DNA of 55,726 nucleotides, the filler included, from Catajapyx aquilonaris (lineage: Eukaryota): the NCBI GenBank assembly GCA_000934665.2. It is 4 parts of 4 records of this genome, joined end to end, with 100 filler letters (N's around TTAATTAATTAA, not from the genome) between each part and the next. Parts side by side here need not be neighbours in the genome. Positions count along the whole stretch, not along the records: positions 1 to 13,858 come from JYFJ02007962.1; 3 more parts are not named here. One strand, 5' to 3'. Numbering within the stretch: position 1 is the first letter of the stretch; every line of letters begins with the position of its first letter. Positions 1 to 10,950 of this stretch are shown one piece after another. The notes under the pieces were generated by a model. The model worked only from the letters and a program-made list of their open reading frames with translations. It made no database searches and had not been told where the DNA came from. The position numbers and the translations under genes were made by a program.

Positions 1-122
1 TCACTCAGAGTTGGGAATAAGTGGGAAATTCAAAAGTTACAATGAAAAATGTACAAAATATACAGGTGATGCAATAATTTCTGACAGGGGTGTATGTACA
101 GGTTTCGCTGTATATAAATATA

Positions 123-376
123 CAGTGAAACCTGTCCACAACGGACCCTGTGTATAATGGAAACTTGCCTATTGCGGAATTTTTCTGGTAACTGGCGTAT
201 GAAAATTACACAATTTCCGCTATATTCGACAATATTCGACAATATTCGACAATATTCATTAATTCGACAATATTCGACAAGGAAATCGTGTACGTTCCAT
301 ACGCCAGTTACCAGAAAAAATCTGCAATAGGCAAGTTTTCGTTATCCACAGGGTCCGTTATGGACAGGATTCACTT
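123..376. mobile_element. Tc1/mariner-pogo-like MITE with long inverted arms and internal (AATATTCGAC)n
   Basis: TA|CAGTGAAACCTGTCC... with a ~80-bp inverted copy ending ...GGACAGGATTCACT; tandem decamer at ~221-280. Confidence 0.65.
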
Positions 377-388
377 TAGATAAATATG

Positions 389-771
389 TAGTGAAACCTG
401 TCCATAACGTAGCCTATCCTGAGTGTTACAAAAACTTGTCCATTGCGGAATTTTTCCGGGAACGGGCATATGCATAGGACATAAATAATACTGTGTCGAA
501 TATAGCGGAAACGGCTGATATACCGTACTAGGCCTTATATATCCGACATCGTTAAATGGTTCGCGCGCGATCCTCAACAATAACAGCACCACTTTTTTTT
601 CTCCCCCCACTCTCTACCACTTCTGCCCACAATGCTTTGCGGCGTTACAGCGTTCACTTCCACTCTTACCCGTTTGGTGCTGATGACTAGGAAAATCGTA
701 ATTTTCAGCGGAAACTTGTCAATTACGATTTTTAGGGCACCGTGCTATTCTGCTATACACAGGTTTCACTG
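389..771. mobile_element. Second MITE of the same AGTGAAACCTGT family
   Basis: AGTGAAACCTGTCC at 390 and ACAGGTTTCACTG|TA ending 771. Confidence 0.55.
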
Positions 772-945
772 TATCCAAAAGCGAAAGTTTGTATGCATGT
801 ATGTTTGATTGTACAATGTGAGTACATGGCAGTGGGTTACCATAGCTACGATGGTTGCCAGGTAACCCTCGTTTTAAAAATAGGGATTCATAAAAATTCA
901 GTTCGACATAACACACAAAATCTGCACACATACAGTAGCCTAGAG

Positions 946-1230
946 CAGCGGTTCTCAAACTGTGTTCCGCGGAACCCTAGGGTTCCGTGACACCAGCATA
1001 GGGGTTCCGCAAAAGATTTGGAAAATATAAAAAATAAAATTTGTGCCTAAAAAACAATTGCATCATTGCCGTGAAAAAAAAATTTAACATAACCTTGCCC
1101 TACCATTTAACAACAAAAAGACTTCTAGGTATTCCTAGTGTAAATTATAAGTAAGATTAGGGTTCAGGGTTCCGCAAAAGAATTATGAGGTAAATAGGGT
1201 TCCGCGGCCCAAAAAGTTTGAGAACCGCTG
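946..1230. mobile_element. hAT (Charlie-like) MITE
   Basis: TIR CAGCGGTTCTCAAACT / AGTTTGAGAACCGCTG; perfect 8-bp TSD GCCTAGAG (938-945, 1231-1238); internal GGGTTCCG repeats. Confidence 0.85.
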
Positions 1231-2935
1231 GCCTAGAGTACCGGTACTTGACTTGCCGGTCCACATGTGGTGCATTTGCCAAGTGTCCCTGATAGGGGAC
1301 ACCTGGTTTCAACGCCACCCTCAGGCAAGGAAAGTAAAAAATATGCCTATATTTCCACATGGACATCATCATTCATAAGTTTTCTAAGTATTACAGAGAA
1401 AAAATGACTCATAATGCTAATCAACATTCGATAATTAATTACTAATCGTCTTCGGAATGTGGAGGTGCAGCCATTATTTCCTGCGTTAAAACTCAAACAC
1501 CTGTATCTTAAAAATCTGCAGCAATATTGAGCAGGTTTGAACTTGCATCGTTAGCTGGGACTCTCCTGAAGCCCCCGTGACTACTGCCAGCTCTTTAGCA
1601 GCAGAAGAACCTGGGCAAAAAAAAAAAATTAGAATGTAACAACTCTGCAGGTGTCCTCTATAGGGCACACTCGGCATATCTGGGTTAAAATATTAAATAG
1701 ATAAACGACTACTTAATGAAATAAATTACATGAACAGGTTTTCCACCTGTGTGCAACTGCAGGTGTACCTTCATACTACTTGACTGACTAAAGAAATTAT
1801 TAATTTTTCAGATAATAAATTAACAAAATGAAATTATTAATTGTTCACATTATAAACTGACCAAATGCAATTATTAAATGGTAAAATTATGAATTAAGCA
1901 AATAAATTATCGATCAGTTGATGACATAATTGGTCATCCATCAGTGTTGTCCAGCTTTGCTATGCCGCACCTTGTTATTGCTTTGTACGGCGCCCGCCCT
2001 TGTGTCAACGATGCTCCGCCGCTGCGCTGAGCAAGACTTGCACAGACTGACTGCGCTTCAGCCCGTGTACACAGCAGACTCTATTTAACGTTCCTGCAAG
2101 AACAATTACACATGTTGATGAACTCTTTAACGACAACAATCGCTGTGATTATGTTCTTGCGTAACGTACTAGTAGTGTACGTGATGTACGTGATGCAATG
2201 TACTGAGTAAATGCAAACGGATAAAGTCCCCAATAAATACTTACATTTAGTGTAAAAATGATCGAAATTTATGCTCACCTTTTTCATACGTCCTCAACGT
2301 CCGGTGCTACAGCCAACACCAAAATATATGGGCCGGAACCTGGAACCAACAATAGCAATATTTTAACAATTACATGGGCTGATTATATTTACGGTAGTGG
2401 GGTAAGTAACATTGGTGTTGATTTGCGTACTTACTTGTTAATTATGGTTAGAAAATTGAACACATGTGGCGATCATCAAATTATGACGCGACCGTACGTG
2501 ATGATGAACCGGGATGCATCCTCACACACTGGTTGGATATTCACATGTGACGTTGCATCACGGGAGGGTATTAATAGCTACTTGGTTTGTATCAGCTTAC
2601 ACTCTAGTTTCTCCACAAATTTATATTATTCAACATTTAAATCGTCTTTTCAGCACTTAATTCAGGTCACCAAATAATTATCCGAACTCGGTGGCCAATT
2701 TGATGTAAAATGTACGGTTATAAGCGCCCTATTACCTAATTAGCGATTATCTGATAATAACCGTGATTTCTCGTAAAACGCGAAGTGATTTCAGGGCCTG
2801 GAGAAATTTTCCACTTCTCATTTTCCTTTGGCTGGAGGACGATCCACTGCGGTGCTCGTTGTGGGCTCCACAGTACCACAGCCATCAGGTGAGACCCCCT
2901 TTTCAATGCAGACGTTTAATTTACGAATTTTTTGC

Positions 2936-2993
<58 letters not shown>
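2936..2993. repeat. (AAT)n microsatellite
   Basis: About 19 AAT units; source of the poly-N/I/L ORFs in the track. Confidence 0.95.
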
Positions 2994-2994
<1 letters not shown>

Positions 2995-3347
2995 AGACCT
3001 CTCAACTAGGTTGATACCAAATGAGGGGAACCGCCTATGAAAATGAGGGGGATTGGTTAGTATAATGAGGGGGGTTTCAATGTAAACTGACACTGATAAT
3101 ATTCCTGTGTGTCTGGAGATTACTGTAGGAGAGAAATCTAAGCCTCACAGGTGCATAAATTAGTGAAATATACAACAAATTTTGCAAACATTGTGGGCAG
3201 TTGTTCCCACCGTTAGTTTCGCGAGATATTTAGTATAGTTTAGTAAAACTACAATTAGCGGGGGAAATGGTGATGCGTGCATGGGGGCGGGGGAAGAAGT
3301 CCGAATTCGGCAGTCCCCCGCACAATGCGGGAGAGTTGAGAGGTCTG
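2994..3347. mobile_element. Probable hAT-like MITE
   Basis: Inverted termini CAGACCTCTCAACT / AGTTGAGAGGTCTG with AAT-rich flanks; TSD not resolvable. Confidence 0.45.
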
Positions 3348-4231
3348 AATAATGATTATGATGATGATGATGATAATAAGCCAATTCATGGCGTTTTTCT
3401 CGTTTATTGAAAAACATTGTAGGCTAGTTAGAAGAGTGATATTAATGAAAAACAATATGCTTCAATATTTGACATTTTAACTCGTGGTGGTCCTTTTGAA
3501 TTGTAAAATGAAGAAAAAAATTTCATCTACAGGGTGTTCCAGAAAATATTATAAAAGTGCAATTAACTTTAAATGCAATTAAATTAATTTAAAGTAACTA
3601 TAAAATTGTTAGTATAGTTACAAAATAATACTTAAACACTCTACTATCAGAAACTCCAAAGAGTCCAGACTTACGGCACACCCGGTTCTGACGCCGCGGT
3701 AGGGGGGTAAGCTTAGCTCACACTGTGAGGCGGAAAAACTGATACGCCATGGTAGCTGAGCTCCCCTCCTACGACGAGGTGGTAGGAGCACTTTGACCCT
3801 CAGATTCAGCCATTTCTGTCTAAACTGGAGAGCGCCCAGATCAAAATCCTGCAGATCTTCATATGATGCACGTAGGCCTCAAAGGGTTAAATGTCAAATT
3901 TTTCAATAGAAATTCGCCAATTTGGGGCCCCCTGTTTCTGTCGGGGCCATGTTGGCCGATGCATTGACCCCTGCCCATAATATGTGAAGATTCGATAAGA
4001 CTTGCCCAAACACACGCTAATTCTCTCACCCTGAAAATGCAACCACTCAAGACGTATGAAAAAGGAAAAGGGCTAAAAATGCGTACAAACAGGGTGTTCG
4101 TAAGTTGGCCTCATACAGTACAGTACTTCTACTTGTTCCCACACATTCTGCAGTGCATATGGTGCAATTGATATTTTTCTGTGTGTCTCTTCCACAGATT
4201 TCCCCCCGCATAGAGTGCCACTGGTTGAGCC

Positions 4232-7200
4232 ATGCCAGGCCCTTATGATGGAGTGGGTTTCGTGACGTTTGTGGAGCGTGAGGAGGTCCCTTCATCTGAA
4301 ATCCCAGCCTGGATTCAGACAAATGTGGACACTGCACATAATGTGCACCACTCCCTGCAGATCATTGGGCCCAAATTGAGGTCATGCGGACACGTTGGCA
4401 GCATCGCAGCTGGCTACCCAGAGCACGAACCACTGATGGCAGGGGACAGCGTGACAGGCGTGTGCATCCTCATTGAAGAAAACCGCGTCTGGATGCAGCT
4501 GCTGGAGGACTTGCATCGTCTCGAGAGGCTCATGCGGAGGGTCCAGGGCTGTGCCGCTGTTGCACCAAGAAACACCTTGAGTACTAATCTGCTGCATCCT
4601 GGTACAGTATGTCTGGCTCGCTCATCAAGTGACCGTGCCTGGTACCGTGCAGAGATCATGTCAGACCCTATGGTCAAGTCCGTACAAGTCAGGATGGTGG
4701 ATTATGGATTCAAGGAAGAGGTATCCATTGCTGAAGTACTACCAAAGATGAATGATGATACACCCAAGTCTGCCATACTGATAGAGCTGGATGCCATTGG
4801 AACTATTCCACATCAATGGGCTCCTAAGCTGATTGAGAAGGAATCGGACATGAATGTGCTGGAAGTGGCAGACGGCAAATATGTGTCAAATCTGATACTG
4901 AAAGGAAATAAGTGCCTCAATGAGGCACTTGTCCTTGCAGAGTTGCAGAGCCATCCAGTCCCCTGGTTGCCTGAGCTTCAAAGCACGGAGGAGATGTTTG
5001 TTGCCCAGGTCGACCTACCACCTTACATGTATGCCCAACCTCTCAGGTTTATGGCCATTGACTTACCAGCATTAGACAAAGCCTTAAATGAGATGTACGA
5101 AAAGCTAACAAGGCACCCACGATACCTGTATAAACCGGATGCGTTCGTTGTCGGGAAACTTCCGGAGTCACACGTTGGGGAAGCGTGCGTGGTTTTTGAT
5201 TCTGCAACTGGTAGCTACTTCAGAGGAAAGGTAAGTTGTCAATCCGCCATTGCATTGATGGTTTTTCTTCAATGGTCCTCTTTTTGTTGCATTGTAGGTG
5301 TTAAGTGAATGCCCGTCGACCCAGAGGATCCGTGTCCGCCTGGTGGACTACGGACGTGTTTTGCAAGTAAGCCGTGAGATGGTGTTTTGCATGGAGGCTC
5401 GCTTCATGAAGCAGAAGATGTTGGGATTCTGCTGCAAGGTGAACAACCTCCCCCGCGGCATATCTGAGCCAACCTTCAAGAGCGTAATGACCAATGCCAG
5501 CATGGCCTTCCAAGTGTTGGGGGCAGAAGAAGAGGAAGATGCTCGGGAGATGGTAGTGAGCGTGACCATTCCCAACACAGACCATGGAAGGAAGGTGATG
5601 GCCAATTTACAACCAGCTGCCAGGCGGGCAGACTCGTTCAAGTCTGGCTTTCAACAAGATGATGATAACAACCGGAAAGCAACTTTTCCGAGGCCAACAA
5701 CCAGCTTTGCTCCATATCCAGTTTCCGTGGGTGATGCTGAGATGGTGTACGTGAGTTGGTATGACTCCCCATCGTCCTTCCACGTGCAGTTAGGCATCAC
5801 TACAATAATTGATGAACTGACGGCTACCCTCCAAGCCACGTACGGGTCAATGGAGCTATCAGAGAACACCGAGAGTCGGCCTCCTGTGGGGACACCAGTG
5901 GTGGCCAAAGATGATGAACGGTGGTACAGGGGTGTGATAACTGTAGCAGCAACCAGGCAGTATGGATGCCAGGTAGGAGGAATCTTGGGGGTTAATTTCC
6001 ACGAGCAAAATATGATAGATAGATAGATATGTTTATTCCCCTTTGCCCTAGAGCATCTAGGGGATGACTTCTCTGGCATTATTTTACATTCAACTCCGAA
6101 CATACAATTTACAAAACAATATCACAAAATTGCAGCAGCGCCACTACTAATGAAAAAAAAGTATACAGTTGGTGGATTGCATGAACAGGTAGCAAGCTAA
6201 ATAAGTGATGGGAGGAAGTCTCTGTATTCTAGCCAGGTTATTCTCTCTAATTGTCGCAAAGAAGGGGCACTCATAAATTGCATGGTGCTGTGACCATGGG
6301 TCTTCGACATTGCATAATGTGCAGGCGGAATCAGGTGTAAAGCTAAATTTGTAATTTTTTACGTAGAAATATTGGGAAGCGTTCCTCAGATTACACACGA
6401 GTCTTGTATATGGGAGTGGGAGAGTATACAGAAGATATTGAGCTATGCCCATTTGCTGGTGCTATTTCTGAGTAATACTTATACCTGGACGAGTTTTCGG
6501 TGCGCTCTCTGTCCTTGGCCAATAATGTGATTATTAAGTTCCTAACTAATATCTGCTTATTTTCGTAATTCCCACTCGTCAGCCATTGCTTCCACGAAAA
6601 CCCAGCTTCCCAGAATATCAACCTAACTTCTCTTGCCCAGCTAGTCTCATCCTTCGAGTTTAGTAACCAAACCAGTGCTTTTCTACTCCATCGATCTTCC
6701 GGTAGTGCAATGGTACCCACCAGAAAATTTACCAATAGCTGGAAGATGTTGACCGACAAGTCCCAAGAGTAAAATATGTCGTTTCCTCAGGTCAAGTTTA
6801 TGGACTTTGGCAACACAGCAACATTAAACAACCCATTGGATGTGAAGAGAGTGGGTCCTGACTTCCTGAAGCTACCCATGCAGGCCATAGAGTGCAGGGT
6901 ACGAGGCGTATTACCCAAAAAGGAGACGGGCTGGACGCAGCCTGATCTTAAGAGGGCGGAAGCACTTCTCCACCCAACGAAGGCTCTGAAGTAAGTCGAA
7001 ATGGTTTTGAGTCATTTTGGAAAGGATAAGACAGTTGCGTAATTATCCTGACAGTTGATGTGAATGTTAGCCACTCAGAACTTAACATTTCTTTACAGTG
7101 TTACATGGTTGCTACTAGGTCGAACAGGTTCGTTATGTATGTTGTTATTGGCTGTTGGTGAAGCATGATCTGCAACATAATTATTGCATGTGGAGCAAAT

Positions 7201-9480
7201 GATGCCAAGGCATTTGTCCCTCCCGCTTCTCTGGTGATATGCATCATCTAATCCTGATGAGTCCTATGCCTGCTAATTGGTTCTTGCATCTGAATCAGGT
7301 GCGTATTTGTGGAGAAACATGAAGAAGTGTGGCTTGTGGACCTCCTGTCCCCAACTGGAGAGAAGAGTGTAGCAAACACCATGATTGAAGAAGGACTGGC
7401 CCAAGTTCAACTCTTCCCCGAACACAACCTGAGGAGTCTGATAGGGAAAGACCTGGACGCCTTTGTCAGCCATGTTCAGGAAGAAGATGGGTCCTTCTTC
7501 ATCCAGTTCGACCAAGCCGCAGTGGATAACCTCCAGGAAATGCTTGCAGCTGTACAGGTGCGGCTATTCGCCTCTCTGTCATTTTTAATAGTTCTGTTAT
7601 TTTACGCATGATTGATCTGACACATGGCGATCATCTCTTTATTTTTTTCAGCCAGTGAAAACCGGTGCCAGCCTAATTCCTGGCAACATTGGCATCTGCT
7701 TGTATGTGGATGCGTGGTCAAGGGTGAGGGTCACTGAAGTTGGGAAGACATTAGTCACAGTCTTTTACGTAGATTATGGCAACTCGGAGGTGGTCAGGAG
7801 GGAGCAAGTGGCTGCTGTGCCCACCCAGTTGATGGATATACCAGTCCAGGCCATTCGCTGCTGCCTGAAACATGACAAGGCATCTGAAATGCTGTTGGAA
7901 AATGCCTTCACGGCTGCCGTACTAGACGTGAAGGATGACCAGACAGCAATAGTTCGCCTGGGAGATGAAGGAGGAACCGTGGTGTGTGGAGCGAAGGAAG
8001 CTGTGAAGGGACTGGCAGAGGAAATTCCCAAGCCATCTGTCCCAGAGTTTGTTGTACCTGAAGGCATCTTTTCCGTGTACTTGGTCCATGTGGATAGCCC
8101 AAATTCCATCTGGATACATCTGACAAGTAAGGAAGATGAGCTGGCAGCCCAGACTGAGCAGCTGCTTGCCCACTACTCGGCATGTGGAGAATCGGAAGAG
8201 TTGGATCTGCGTGTTGGCAGCTGCGCGGCTGCCCTGCGTGCCTGTGACCAAGTTTGGTGCAGGGCACGTGTGCTGGAGGTGACCCAGGAGGGCATCAGGA
8301 TCCGCTTCCTGGATTACGGTGACTCGGAAGTGGTTGGGTCACTCTGGGTTCTAGGGAAGCAATTCTTTGAAGTGCCAGCTTTTGCCATGGAGGCTGACTT
8401 AGGCTTGACGTCGCCTGGTGATGCCCCCTGGTCTGCTGAAATCGTGGATAAAATCTGGGAAATTGCAGGAAGTGAGGAGGCCGCAGAGGCTGAGGTGCTG
8501 GAAGGGCGTGTGGTTCGCTTCAAGGTCAGTGGCGAGGACTTGGCAGCCAAGCTTGTGGCGGAAGGATTGGCCGAAGCTGCGCCCAGCCCGTCAGAAGGGG
8601 GAGTGGCAACAACCGTGGAGGGAGTCCCTGACGTCACAGCCGATCTGGCTGCTTCGCCAGCTTTCTCGGTGGGCCATCACTTTGGAGCGTACATCACTAA
8701 TTTTTTGAGTCCAACCCTTTTCTGGATTCAGCTGAAGGCCAATGAGGACAAGGTATTTATCTTGCTTCACCAACCAATGTGCATTTAATGATGCTTCTTC
8801 AACTAATGCAGGTGTACCAAGTGGATGCGGCCATGGCAGCCCAGTACATGAATGACGAGGAAAGGAGCGAGGGACCTGGGAAGGAAGATGTTGCTCCTGG
8901 GAGCATCTGGGCTGCGAAGATGGAAGACGGCAACTGGCGCAGGGTCAAGGTGGTGTCATCCACTCCTGAGGGCGCGGAGGTGATGTCTTGCGACTGGGGA
9001 GGTCAGGAAGTTGTTGACATCACCCTGCTGCGACCCCTGCATCCTTCGGTGGACTTGGAAGCCATTCCTCAACTGGCCGTTGCTGTTCGGTTTTCACTGA
9101 TGCCACCCACTGGCGGCGCCAGGCCAGACGATTCGGATGCAAAGAAGTTTATCGTGGGCGTCACTGAGTTTGGGGAAGCCCTGGTCGACATTGAGGTCAT
9201 TGCTGTCGAAGAAGTGATGGAGGTGGGAGCCAAGGTCGGTGATGTTGACCTCTTGCAGTCCCTGCTCGAGTTGGGGCTGTCAGTGGGCAAGGCAGGACCG
9301 GACCCTGCCATTTCCACACCGGCTGAAACCATCTCGACTGAGGAGTTGGATGCAGCCAAAGGGATTTCTGAGGAATCAGAAGTGGCTGGGAAGGCCACGG
9401 CGGGAACGACCTTGCCCTTGGGAACCCCTGCACCTCCAGTGAAAAGTCCTAAAAAAATCCGGGCTGGGCAACCGACTTAA
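4232..9480 (+). CDS. Multi-Tudor-domain protein (six extended Tudor domains; Tudor/TDRD1/TDRD6/TDRD15-like), ~1300 aa. Exons 4232-5230, 5298-5972, 6791-6990, 7299-7557, 7652-8752, 8812-9480
   Basis: All five introns are GT-AG and phase-compatible (0,0,2,0,0); the spliced CDS is 3903 nt with no internal stop. Six Tudor cores: WYRAEI..VRMVDYGF, YFRGKV..VRLVDYGR, WYRGVI..VKFMDFGN, WSRVRV..VFYVDYGN, WCRARV..IRFLDYGD, WRRVKV..VMSCDWGG, each preceded by SN-like strands (e.g. YDSPSSFHVQL, VDSPNSIWIHL, FLSPTLFWIQL). ATG 4232 is in gccATG context with upstream in-frame stops; acceptor at 4197. The true 3' end is uncertain. Confidence 0.9.
6015..6770 (-). mobile_element. 5'-truncated non-LTR retrotransposon (LINE) 3' end in Tudor intron 2
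   Basis: Minus-strand ORFs 6391-6759 and 6147-6452 carry an ORF2 C-terminal CCHC knuckle (CTLCNVEDPWSQHHAIYECPFF). The 3' UTR has a hairpin (CCCCTAGATGCTCTAGGG), AATAAA and an (ATCT)n tail. 8-bp TSD AAAATATG at 6007-6014 and 6771-6778. Confidence 0.8.
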
Positions 9481-10038
9481 ACTTTGAAAAATGTCCGCCA
9501 TTTTGGACATTCCAAAAAAGTGCGTTTATATGAGAACGGTAGGCCATAAAATGATGATGCTTTTGCTGTTTTGGTTCCCATGACCTTTGCTGTTTTGGTT
9601 CCAAGGAAGGACAAAGATCGCATTGACTCTCACATTATGTTAAAAGCTCCATCAGGTGCCTAGGTTTGTAGTTCGGCTGGGGTTTGTTATCAATGGTAAA
9701 CCCTGAACAAGTATATATTTGGTTGCACCTTGTCATAAAAGTTTTGAGGAATAAACATATACTGAACTATGAATAATGAGGATCACCACTTGTACAGCAT
9801 TTATTTTTGATCATGGATTTTGCTGTTCTTGTGTACGTAGGTCCGAATCTCTCTGCTGTAACCCTAGGTTTTGTGGACGCTGAACTGAAGAAGGGCAATT
9901 AAGATAAAGAGGATGTGCGCGACTGTTGGAAGGAATACCATGCAACTTTTGTTTTTTCTTTCCTTGTTTTAGAGCACACAACCACCTGAAACACCATGTA
10001 GACCATACACAAACTAATTTATTTGCATTCACTTACAG

Positions 10039-10175
10039 GTTTATTCCAGTGCCTGGTGGAGCGGAGTACTCTGCCAGTGGCAGTCTGCTACGGCACTGGC
10101 AAGTCGGACAAGGATTCCCAGTCGGATGCAGCTCGCAATGCCCTTGAGTATCTGAAAATCATGACCAAGAAGTGA
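10039..10175 (+). CDS. loqs: Isolated terminal exon encoding the C-terminal half of dsRBD3 of a Loquacious/TRBP/PACT-family protein
   Basis: Branch-like ACTAAT (~10013) and acceptor cttacag|GT at 10038. The phase-1 translation is (G)LFQCLVERSTLPVAVCYGTGKSDKDSQSDAARNALEYLKIMTKK*, matching the remembered Loqs-PB/TRBP C-terminus (QCLVQLSTLPV.VC.G.G...A...AA.NALEYLKIMTKK). I found no upstream loqs exons in the window. Confidence 0.88.
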
Positions 10176-10927
10176 TTGCATTACTGTGCTAATCTGGACC
10201 CCAACACACTTCCACCAGCGTAGTGAGAGTTCATTTTAGGGGTCTTCCATTGCCGCAGGCTCTCAGCATGGTTCTTGTTCTCTTTTGGGAAGAAGCGGCT
10301 AACAGAATGGAGGCCCGGGAGGTGGGTCCTCGTGCTTAACGGGCACACTCCCAGTCGGGTTGAAAAAAATATAGTAGCCTTTACATTAGTTTCGGTGTTC
10401 TTCGTTGTTAGATTGGCTGTGTTTTGGCAACATGGTGTTGCTCTAGGCGTGTGCCCATCAAGCAAGATGACCCACCTCCACCTCGCTCACACAGTTTACA
10501 CGTTTCAAATGTGTAACAACGGATACACATTTACAGGCTATACTTTGCATTGTAGTGAAATTTTTCTTTTCTCGTCACGCAACAGTTTGTTGTTGTAGTT
10601 GTTTTTGCATGTGGGTGTAGGGGCATGTAGGAAAAGGACATTATTTGGATGCAAAGTATAGGTGTTGTAATATGAATGTTGCAGAAGCAATTTTTGACTC
10701 CTGGTGTGGCTGCAAGGGAAAAAAATCAAGTAGCAATTCTTTTTATGCCCCAATAGAATTGTACATTCTTTGCAATTCTTATTCGTGGTTACCATTTTTG
10801 TGGTATGAATTTATTATGTATTCTTGAATGTGCTCCCAGTTACTGTTCCAAATGGTATGCTGAGCAATTATTGTGTGGCCGAGTCATTTCTCACACAATC
10901 GGAACCTATTTTCCTTGTATACTAGGC

Positions 10928-10933
10928 AATAAA
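10928..10933 (+). terminator. Candidate polyadenylation signal for the loqs-like exon (after a ~750-nt 3' UTR)
   Basis: AATAAA after a T/G-rich UTR-like stretch, 18 nt before the stop of the convergent EcKL pseudogene. Confidence 0.4.
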
Positions 10934-10950
10934 ATGTGTTAACTAATACC

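Noticed and set aside
2763..3093. Poly-Ile/Leu/Asn ORFs (also 41119-41598)
   Set aside because: Translations of (AAT)n microsatellites.
7774..9433. Antisense ORFs over the Tudor exons
   Set aside because: Shadow ORFs of GC-rich coding sequence with no motifs or splice support.
9926..10147. 73-aa ORF from the track
   Set aside because: Wrong frame; the meaningful translation is the spliced phase-1 dsRBD exon at 10039-10175.
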